Of a stretch of DNA of 64,000 nucleotides, positions 36,192-45,800 are shown one piece after another. The translations under genes were made by a program, and so were the position numbers. The stretch is from a virus. The notes below the pieces were generated by a model. It was given only the letters and a program-made list of their open reading frames with translations. It did no database searches and was not told where the DNA came from. How positions within the stretch are numbered: the first letter of the stretch is position 1; the number at the start of each line of letters is the position of its first letter. The DNA lies in IMG/VR virus record IMGVR_UViG_3300036864_000176, positions 4,486-68,485 of that record; one strand, written 5' to 3'.

Positions 36192-36881
36192 GTGGCGGGC
36201 TACAACTACCTCACCCAGATCCGCGACCGCGCAACCCGGGACACCCTCAAGGGCTTGACCGACCGGGTGAACGCACTCGAACGATCTGCCGACACGATCG
36301 GCACCGTCACCGAACCGCTCACCGACGATCTCAACGCCGGTAGTCACCGTCTCACGCGCGTCGCGCCGCCGACGGCCGACACCGACGCGGTCACCCTCCG
36401 CTTTCTCAAGAGCTATGTCGACGCCCGCCTCTCGGCCGCGGGCCTGATCGATGCGGCCGGGAACGCCGTGCGTCCGACGGACACCGACAGTGGCCAGACC
36501 GCGGCGGGCGTCGCAGCCGCCGGGGCCGACGGACACCCGACTGTCTCCGGACTCACCGCCTACAACGCCGGCCTCATCATCGGCGGGGTCGGGCATGAGT
36601 TCCCGGCGCTGGTCGCCCCCGCCGTCGACGAAGCGACGTTCGATGCGAACCGGCTCGAGCTGCTGCGCCGCACGATCTGGCACCTGATTCAATTCGGCTT
36701 CACCGCCGGACGCCAGCAGAACCCGACCGGGATCCTCTCGACCGACAAGATCGCGCTCATCGAAGACGGGCAGCTGCGCGCGTTCGACTGCTACACCGGC
36801 ACGTTCACGGCGGGCCTCACGGTTCAGGCGCTGCAGGTCTATCCGGCGGTCCTGGTAGCCGACAGCGGGATCGCGGACTAG
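36192..36881 (+). CDS. Tail-needle/fibre-like protein with C-terminal globular domain
   Basis: Coiled coil, LNAGSHRLTRVAPPTADTDAVT.R..K.YVD (YadA-stalk-like), then domain shared with 47924-48622. Confidence 0.65.
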   Translation: MAGYNYLTQIRDRATRDTLKGLTDRVNALERSADTIGTVTEPLTDDLNAGSHRLTRVAPPTADTDAVTLRFLKSYVDARLSAAGLIDAAGNAVRPTDTDSGQTAAGVAAAGADGHPTVSGLTAYNAGLIIGGVGHEFPALVAPAVDEATFDANRLELLRRTIWHLIQFGFTAGRQQNPTGILSTDKIALIEDGQLRAFDCYTGTFTAGLTVQALQVYPAVLVADSGIAD

Positions 36882-36891
36882 AATCACCCCG

Positions 36892-37359
36892 ATGCTGGAC
36901 AAGTACCTCGCCCGGATGCTCCCGCCGGATGAATGGCATCGGCTCGGCATCGCGCCGGAGCTGCTGCCGCGCGATCCCGATCGCGCCGTCATCATGGTGG
37001 TCGAGGACGAGGCCGGTGGGATCATCGCGCGGTGGATGGCGTACGACACGACCGTGCTCGAGGGGCTGTTCGTTGCACCCGCGCATCGGCATCATCCCGG
37101 CGTCGCGGGGCGGCTGCTGCAGGCGATGACCGCGGAGCTCGTCGGTCGCAACGTCGCGATGGCGATCACGCTCATCGAGGATCCCGAGGTCATGCAGCTC
37201 GCCGAACGGCACGGGCTCTACAGCCTGCCGGGGCAGCTCTGGGTGCTCGATCTGCGGCAGCTGTTGGCAGCAGGCGCTGCTCCACCAGACCCCCAGCTCA
37301 AGGACAACGCAGAGGAGATGTGGCAGGCACTGAAGCCGAAGGCGGAACAGGAAAGGTAG
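36892..37359 (+). CDS. GNAT-like acetyltransferase-fold protein
   Basis: LEGLFVAPAHRHHPGVAGRLL motif A; usual position before podophage ejection genes. Confidence 0.75.
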   Translation: MLDKYLARMLPPDEWHRLGIAPELLPRDPDRAVIMVVEDEAGGIIARWMAYDTTVLEGLFVAPAHRHHPGVAGRLLQAMTAELVGRNVAMAITLIEDPEVMQLAERHGLYSLPGQLWVLDLRQLLAAGAAPPDPQLKDNAEEMWQALKPKAEQER

Positions 37360-37365
37360 CGTCCC

Positions 37366-38118
37366 ATGCCGGCAGCAGCTCCGTGGATCATCCAAGGCGG
37401 TCTGGCGGCCGGGTCCGCCATCGCCGGCCACTACGCATCGAAGTCGGCGGCGAAGGGGGCGATGGCGCGCTCGCCCGAAGAGCAGCAGGCGCTCGATCGG
37501 ATCTCCGGCCTGGTCGGCCCGACCGCCGCGATGGGTCGGCAGTTCTCGTCGATGGCGCTGCCGCAAATCGGCCGCGCGTTCAACTACTACGGGAACCTGG
37601 TGGGCGGGGATCGCGCGGCGCTCCGCGGCGCGGTCGCGCCGGAGACAGCCGAGATCGGCGAAGCCTACAAGGGCGCTGACCAGACGATTGGCCGCAGTTA
37701 CCTGCAGGGCGGCGAACGTGCACAAGCTCTCGCGGAGAATGCGCGATCGCGGTCGGGCAAGATCGCGTCACTCGTCAGCGGGGTGCGCCCGATGGCGGCC
37801 GAGGCGCTGAGCCGCCTCGCTCCGGCGGTCGCCAATGTCGGGCAGCAAGGGCAGTACCTCGCCGGCATCCTCAACCAGGGCGTGCTGCAGCAGGGCTGGC
37901 AAAATCGTCTGCTGGGCCAGCAGGCGGGTACAGCTGCCTCGAACCGGTGGGGACAGCTGTTTGCCCGGTTATCTGAGCTGGTGGCCTCTGGCGGCAAGAC
38001 GGGTGGCAAAACGACGACGACACAACCAAGCACGGCCGGCTCGAACATCTGGTCGCTGTTACCCGGGTATGGCACCTCGCTGCCAGGGCTCTATGGTGAT
38101 CCCGAGGACTACAGCTAG
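37366..38118 (+). CDS. Ejection (internal virion) protein 1
   Basis: Gly/Ala-rich hydrophobic N-terminus; Gln/Ala helical body. Confidence 0.7.
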   Translation: MPAAAPWIIQGGLAAGSAIAGHYASKSAAKGAMARSPEEQQALDRISGLVGPTAAMGRQFSSMALPQIGRAFNYYGNLVGGDRAALRGAVAPETAEIGEAYKGADQTIGRSYLQGGERAQALAENARSRSGKIASLVSGVRPMAAEALSRLAPAVANVGQQGQYLAGILNQGVLQQGWQNRLLGQQAGTAASNRWGQLFARLSELVASGGKTGGKTTTTQPSTAGSNIWSLLPGYGTSLPGLYGDPEDYS

Positions 38119-38124
38119 GAGTCG

Positions 38125-39408
38125 TTGATGGCTGACGACTTTTCCGCCTACGGCTGGGGACAGGGGCTCTCGGACATGCTCGGCGGGTATCTCTCCGAGA
38201 CCGAGAAGATCCGCGCCGAGAACGACAAGAAGAACCAGGAGCAGCAGCAGGTCGAGCAGGTCGCGCTGCAGCACCTGATGACGTCGGACGATCCGCGGGT
38301 CAAGGCCGCCGCGATCACGGCCTGGCTGCAGCCGCGCAAGGCCGGGCCGGGCGTGCTGGCGAAGTGGTACGGCGCGCAGGAGGGGCATCCGGCGTTTCAG
38401 CAGGTGCAGACGATTCTCGGGCAGGGGACGCCCGGCATGGCGCCGTGGCTGACGCCGGAGCAGAAGACGGCAGCCGAGTATCGAGGCGCGCGCACCGGGC
38501 AGGCAGAAGGGATCTTCAACGAGTACGAGAAGCGGACGGGCGGGCCGCCGCCGCAGCCCTTCGTCGAGAATGTGCTCAGAGCCATGTCGGGCGCAGCGCA
38601 GCGCGCGATAGCGCTGCAGCCTGGTGTTATCGGTCGTCGCGGAGCCGACGGCAAGATCGTCTACGAAAACGGCTTCTTCGATGCGTCGACCGGCGAGTAC
38701 TACGACTCGACCTACACACCGGTCTACGACGGCGTCGACTTCAGGAAGACCGGCATTCACGATGCCGGCAGCCAGAACATTCAGTGGAAGCAGCGTACCG
38801 ATGGCAAGTACGACGTAATGAACAAAACAACCGGGCAGGTCATGGCGACGACCGACCAGCCCTACGTGATGCCACCTGCTCCGGCTCCTGGAATCATCCA
38901 GCCACGCGAAGGTCAGCCAGCACAGGCTGTCACCGGTCGCGGCACCGGGCCGTTCACGGCAGTCGACATCGCAGGTACTGAGCGGCCACAGGAGACGCTG
39001 CGCGAGACTTACCAGCGGCTGAACGCGCTCAAGTTGAACATCGAAGCACGCGCACAGAAGGAGGATCCGAATATCCTCGGACTCGATCGCATCCCGTACG
39101 AAGCTGCCGTCGACCACTACGCCCAAGTGAACGGACTTGAAAACTACGCTGCCCTCATCAGGCGCATAAACGAGATCGATAAACAGTTGACGGCGGGGCG
39201 GAAACCGCCGCAGCAGAAGCCGCAGAGCAACCTGACTCCGCCGCCGGGCGGCATCACGCCCGCCGACGCGACGAGCCAGAACGAGGATCTGGCCCAGAAG
39301 CCGCGCGCGCTCGATGCGGCTGGCAACGTCGACCTCAACGTGATTCGCGCGCGCGTCCGAGCCCTCCAGGGACAGGGACGCGGCAGCGAACCGCCGCGGC
39401 AGCCCTAG
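38125..39408 (+). CDS. Ejection (internal virion) protein 2
   Basis: G.G...L.GY then Gln/Glu coiled coil; position. Confidence 0.65.
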   Translation: MMADDFSAYGWGQGLSDMLGGYLSETEKIRAENDKKNQEQQQVEQVALQHLMTSDDPRVKAAAITAWLQPRKAGPGVLAKWYGAQEGHPAFQQVQTILGQGTPGMAPWLTPEQKTAAEYRGARTGQAEGIFNEYEKRTGGPPPQPFVENVLRAMSGAAQRAIALQPGVIGRRGADGKIVYENGFFDASTGEYYDSTYTPVYDGVDFRKTGIHDAGSQNIQWKQRTDGKYDVMNKTTGQVMATTDQPYVMPPAPAPGIIQPREGQPAQAVTGRGTGPFTAVDIAGTERPQETLRETYQRLNALKLNIEARAQKEDPNILGLDRIPYEAAVDHYAQVNGLENYAALIRRINEIDKQLTAGRKPPQQKPQSNLTPPPGGITPADATSQNEDLAQKPRALDAAGNVDLNVIRARVRALQGQGRGSEPPRQP

Positions 39409-39417
39409 CTGTTTCAG

Positions 39418-39852
39418 ATGGACGTCACTGCCTTCGATCTCGCGCAGCGCTTCGTCGGGGTGAAAGAAACCCCCGGCGTGCACTCGACACCGGTCGTGCT
39501 CGCCATGCTGAAGCTCGATGGCGAGTGGCCCACTGACGATGCCGTGCCGTGGTGCAGCGCATTCGTCAACGCGATCTGCTGGCTGCTGCGCCTGCCGCGA
39601 TCGAAGTCGCTGGCGGCGCGCTCCTGGCTGCAGGTCGGCGCGAGCATTCCACTCGCGTCGGCGCGGCCCGGCTACGATGTCGTGGTGCTCGCACGCGGCG
39701 CCGGCGGGCATGTTGGCTTCTATGCCGGAGTCGATGTCTCCGGCACGGTGGTCTTCCTGCTCGGCGGCAATCAGCATGACGGCGTGAACGTCGCGCCATT
39801 CCCCGTCGAACACATCCTCGGCGTCCGCCGGATCGACACTGGACATTGGTGA
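39418..39852 (+). CDS. NlpC/P60 (TIGR02594-like) cell-wall peptidase
   Basis: DDAVPWCSAFVN..SLAARSW..GHVGFY..LLGGNQ. Confidence 0.9.
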   Translation: MDVTAFDLAQRFVGVKETPGVHSTPVVLAMLKLDGEWPTDDAVPWCSAFVNAICWLLRLPRSKSLAARSWLQVGASIPLASARPGYDVVVLARGAGGHVGFYAGVDVSGTVVFLLGGNQHDGVNVAPFPVEHILGVRRIDTGHW

Positions 39853-39853
39853 G

Positions 39854-42800
39854 ATGCCACCGCAGCAACCCGATCCCGGCACACCTGCTGCACCTGCGCC
39901 CCCGCCAGGCCAGCCGCGCCGACTGCTCTCACCCGAAGAGTTCGCCGGCATCTGGCGCCACGCCTATCCGGAGCTGTCGAAGGAAACCGACGACGATCGC
40001 CTCCTGACGCACGCGATCGTCGGCCTCTACCCTGAGTTCGGCCGGGACGTCGTGGATGTGCTCGGCGGCGCCGAGATGGCCCAGGCGCCGCCGACCGCGG
40101 CACCGCTTCCTGGGCTGCGTCCGCCGCCGTCGCCCATCAGCCTGGAACCCTACGGCCCTGACGTGGGTCCGCTCGAGACGATCGCCCGGCAGACCGTTGC
40201 AGCGCAGGCCCAGGTGCCGGTGCAGGAGACCTACACACGGCAGCGGGAAGCCGCCGTCAACGCGGCGTATCAGGCGCAGAAGCAGCAGCGCGAACGCCGA
40301 CATGCCGCCGGACTCCCGCCGAAGCCGACTGGCATCACGCTGCCGCCGGCCGAAGCGCCACCGCCCGAAGCACTCTCGCAGTTCGTCACGCACCAGCTCG
40401 GAAGCTTTCCGACGGGACTGGCAGGGGCGATTGAAGGGACACCGGATTTCCTGCGCGCGATCGGCCAGGGTCCGGCGATGACCGAATGGCGCCTGCCGCA
40501 TCCGCCCACGATGAGCGAGCCGGAGGTCGCGCACGCGGTCGCCAAGTTCGCCAACAACAGCATGGAAGCGGGCACCTTCCTCATCCCGGAGGGACTTGCC
40601 AAGCATCCGATTCAGACCGTCGTTGGCCTCTTCTTCGGCATCGGCACGTCGCACATTCTCAATGAGGTCGGTCAGTCGCAGGGATGGGATCCGCGCAACA
40701 CGGAGCTGGTCTCGACGCTCGGCGGCCTGATTACCGGCATCACGGCCGCGTGGTCGACGAGGGTGCCCGGAGCCGTCTACCGCCACTTCGACGCGCGCGC
40801 GACCGAAGCGGAGCTGGCCAAGCAGTACATCGCCGCGGCCGAAGGTGAAGCGATCGCGCAGCCGATTCGCGCGGCGGCCGCAGCCGAGCAGGCGAGCCAG
40901 CAGGCGATCTTCCAGCGCGCGTCCGACGCCATCCGGGAGATGCAGGAGGAGCGCCGCGCGAAGACGCGTGAACTCTACACCCGGGCCTGGTTGAATCGCG
41001 TCCGCGAGACGGCTGCACTCCAGGGCACACAGCCATCGCCTTTCACCGCGATTGACGCCGCCAACACCAACCTACTGCTGCAGCATCTCGATCAGTTCAC
41101 GCAGCTCAGTGACGGCGCGCTGACGCGGATGGCGAACTACCCGACGCCGTACAGTCCACCGCCGCCGCCGCTGGAGCTGTCGCCACGCGGCGGGACAGGG
41201 CGAGATTACGGCCCTGGACCAGGCGGCCCGATTCTGGGGGCACCGCCTGACTATGTGCCGCCGCAGATCGAGTCCACGACCGCGACACCGTATCGCGGCC
41301 CGCGCGTGGCCGCGTCAACGGAAGAACCGCCGGCGCCGCTGACCCCACTGACCGAGCTGCTCGAAGGGCAGTTGCGCGCGCAGCCACAACCGGCGCCCGG
41401 CACGACCGGGCCGCCACGGCCAGCCCCCGCGACAGCCGAACGGATGCGGGGCCGCCTCCGCGAGCAGCAGTCCTATCTCGATGCGTTCGAGCAGGAGATG
41501 CTCGATGCGACGTCGCAGATGGAAGACATGCCCCACGAACGTGGGCGGCTGGTCTGGAACCGCGGCACGCAGACGCTGGACGAGGCCAACGAAGTGTTCC
41601 TCCCACCAGTGCCGGGTGCGCCGATCTATCACGACATCGTGGGCCACGATACGGCGAATCCACCGACGCGTGCCTACATCACGGCGATCATGCAGGCGTG
41701 GCGGGAGACGCGCGCGAAGACAGGAAACGAGCTGCTGACCGCTGGTGAGATCGATGCGAACGGTGATACCGCGATCACGCGGTTACAGGCACGGCTCGGC
41801 TTGAAAACGACTGGCGGCGCACGCCGCGCGTACGACACCTGGATTCCCGAAGTGCGCCGGGCTGTCGACAAGAACGTCCGGCGACGGCTGTCGGATGTGG
41901 CGTGGCTGCGCGAGAAGGGCGGTGTTGAGCAGCCGACCCCGCCGCCGGAGCCGATTCCCGACTTCATGCGGGAGGACTACCAGTTCGAGCCAGAAAAGAC
42001 GCGCGGTGAGCCACTCGAACCGGGCAGCCAAGGTGAGCTGCCCGGCACCGGGCCGCAACCCGGCATCAGCACACCGACCGGGCCGCCGCCGGAAGTCCCG
42101 TTCTCGCTGCGTGGCCCTGCCGTGCGCGGCACGCCGCCTGTTGAGGAGCCGCTGCCGCTGCCAGAACCGCCAGAGCCCGGCCAGGAGGGCATGATTCGCC
42201 TCGACCTACTCGTTCCCTTTGCCGACAAGCTCGATCGGTGGGCTGAAGCATGGCACGCCGGCAAGGAGCGGCGTGCGGCCGCGCGGCAACAGGTGCTCGA
42301 CGAGATCGATCGAGCCATCGATCAAATGATCGCCGCCGGGCGGATTCGGGAGGACGACGCGCCCAAGGTGCAGGAGACACTGCAAGAGGTGCTGGAACGA
42401 CGAGCGGTGCCAAGCGTTCGGCAGCTTGAGCAGAGCGGCCGTCCACCGGCAGCCCCGACGCGACAAGCCCCAGCGCCACCGCCGGACTACACCGAGCGCA
42501 CACTCGTCGACTACCAGCTCCCTGACGGCACGGTCGTCAAGGTCGATGACAGTGCGGCGAAGGGTGCTGCGACGATCGACTTCACGCTGCAGGGCGGGAA
42601 GATCGTGCAGGCGACGCGGGTGTCGCCGGTGACGCCAGGCATCGGCGCGCGGATCAGGCCGTTCGTCAAACCAGAGCAACAGCGCACCGTTACGCTCTAC
42701 CGCTGGGAGCCCGAATCGGGGACCGGAACCGGCGTGCCCGATTGGGTGCGGCAGTCGCCAGACTATCAAGCGAGCCAGCAGGCCGCCGGCAGCTGGTACA

Positions 42801-45800
42801 CCGATACCCCGGAGCATCTCGAGTTCTACAAGCGAGAGAGCGAGGGCCGTGGGCGCGTCGTCCAGATCCAGGTCACACCGGAAGAGGCCGAGCGGCTGAA
42901 GGTCGCCAACAATCCGCAGGCCCCGCACGCCCGGTTCTCAGCCGACCCGGAGCACGAGTACTTCGTCCCGGCTGACGTCCGCGCACGTGCGCGTACGGCT
43001 ACACCGAAACCCACCGGGGAGGATCTGGCCGCCCTGCACGAACGGGTCATCGCGCTCGACGACGAACTCGGGCATCCATTCGGAGACCGCGACGACTTCT
43101 CCGCCATGCTCAACACGGCGACCGAGGATCTCGATGCCGGCACGCTACAGGCGGCACTCCAGGATCTGGAGGCGGTCCAAGCACAGAGATGGGGACGCGG
43201 ATCGGAGCAGCAGCCCGCCCTCCCCGGCGCCGAATCCGTCCGCGAGACCGAAACGCCGACGCCCGAGTTCGAAGCACCGTTCTCACTCACGCCGCCCGAG
43301 CACGGCACCCCGCCGCCGTCGCCGATCGGGCAGCCGTCCCTCTTCGGTGCTGAGCCGCCCGGGCCGGTCGGGACGCTGCCCTTCACGCCGAAGCCAGCCA
43401 CGGTCCCGCCGGGATGGCAGAACGTCGGCGGTGTGGACCTGCCGCCACTGCCCGAATCACTCACCGCAGCTCCGAAAGGACCGGCGCAGATCCGGCCATT
43501 CGAAAAACCCGGCGGGGAGCCGAGCGAAGCGCCGCCCGAACCACCGCCCGAACCTGGTGCACCACCTGCGCCACTCAAGCCAGGCCAGCCCTCCCTCTTC
43601 GATCGCCTCAAAGGCGAAGAAGGCCGCATCGGCAAGGACCGCATCTCGCTCATTGGGCTGCGCGACGGCACGTCTGTCGAGCAGATGACACGGTGGCTCA
43701 AACGCAATCGCGCCGCCTATGGCGACACCGACTGGTTCAAGGAGGTCGAAGCCGCTGTCGATCGTGGTGATGGCCGGACGGCGTTCCGCACGGTCCTCGT
43801 CGTCGAGACGCTGATGAACAAGGAAGTGGTACAGACGCCGAAGATCATCCCAGGCGAGCAGGTGCGGCAGCCAGGTGGGCAGTACGGTCCGTCGCAGCCG
43901 AAGCAGATTCTCGAGCCGACGACACCCGGCTACAAGGTGGCGAAGAAGGACATCGAATCCATTCTCGGTGTGCCGCTCCCGCCTGACTTCGGTGTCGATA
44001 CGGTCGGCGGCACCTATCTCGGCGATCTGCACGGGCGGCTGCGGATGCCGGCGACCGACATGCTGCTCGCCGGCTCGATCGTGCGCCCGCTCATCGACGC
44101 GACCGATCCGACCAAGGTCATTCTCATCCCCGGCAACACCGACACGCGGCTCCGGCTGTTCCGGCAGATTGCCGATCAGATCGCGCGCGAGATGCCTGAC
44201 GAGATCGTGCAGCCATTGATGGAGCTGACCGGCATCAAAGATCCGATCGAGCTGGCGAAGCACTTCACCCGGCGCGCGTCCGACGCCGGCCGTCTGCTGC
44301 AGTCGCTCTCGGCCTGGCGCGATGCGAATTGGGACCAGGTCGTCAAGCTCACGCGCGAAGGCTTTGGCGACACGCTCGACGACGACGACGTCGCCGGGCT
44401 ATCGAGCCGGACGCCCAACGGCTTCCTGAAGTGGCTCTACACCGAAGCCACGCCGGAGGACTTGAAGAACATCGGGTTCCGGCCGCCGCCCACGATCAAA
44501 TTCAAGACCAAAGAGGGGGACGCCTGGGCGAAACGCTGGTTCCGGTCGAACCTGGATCGGCAGGCGCGGACCAAAGGGCTGCAGGAGACGATCGACAACC
44601 TGACCAAGGAGATGAGCTGGTTGAACATCGATCGCCTGATGCTGCAGGGCTCACTCGACGCCAGCCGCGGCGGCCGCAAACGGGACGCGATCGACATCAC
44701 CGAAGACACCTCGCGGGCGTTTGCGATCAGTCAGTTGTCGACGGCCAACCGGAACTTCGACACGCAGGGGATTGCCTACAACGTCGCCGGACTCGATGAC
44801 CTGCTCGGTGCGGCCGCCTCCGGCCTCTTCGGCGTGATGAAGAAAGCCGTTGGGATGGAGTCGGCAGCGCCCAATCTCGCCGACGCCAAGCGGCTCATTA
44901 CGCACGCGCGTGAGCTGGCGAAGGCGGCCTGGCCGGGATTCGCGGGCGGGAGCTCGGGGCGCGTCGGGGTCCGCTCGATGCTGCGGCACCCGCTCACCGA
45001 TACGATGCAGGTGGTCTACGACCTGCATCGCGAGCAGCTCAAGGGGATGTCGTCAAGCGACGTTCGCAAGGTGCTCGCGGTCGTCGACGAATTCCCGCGC
45101 CACGCGGCGGCGCTGCTCGGCGCGACGTCGTTCGAGGAAGCGGGTGGTGCGGGTGGAGAAGCCGGTGGCGCCATCGGTGTGCCGCAGACCAAGCTCGAAC
45201 GCTACGCCGCACTCGCGCACAAGGCCCGCAACTTCGTGACGACACCGACGCGCATCCAGGAAGCGATGTATCGCGGGATGGCGGCCAGTGCGTCGTTTCG
45301 ATCGCAGCTGCGGGAGAAGGGACTCGATCCGGCGGCGGTCCTCGCCGGTGACGACACGGGCGATCCGTTCCCCGGCCTGGTCGAGCGCTTCGGCCAGCAG
45401 GAAGTCGAACGGATGGCGGGTATCGCCGTCTCGAGCGCGCTCAACGCCACGTTCGCCGCCAAGCCGTATCCCGGCACGATTCCCGATGCGCTGATGCGGA
45501 TCTTCTCGGCAGAAGGCATCGGGCCGGTGCTGCGGACCGGCTACCCGTTTCCGCGCTTCAACCTGGTGAACGCGCCGCGCTGGTTCTACGATCATTCGCT
45601 CGCCGGCCTGTTCGATGCCCCGCTCTACGCCCTGAACGTCGCCGGCCGTGCGATCGGCGTGCCTGGGAGCGCCCCGTTCAAGGGACGGCTCTACCGCGGC
45701 ATCGAAGCCGGGCTCATCCACGATCAGATTCCGAAAATCACGCAGCAGATCAACGGCGCCCAGTACGACCTGGCGGTCACGACGCAGGAGTACACCGCTG

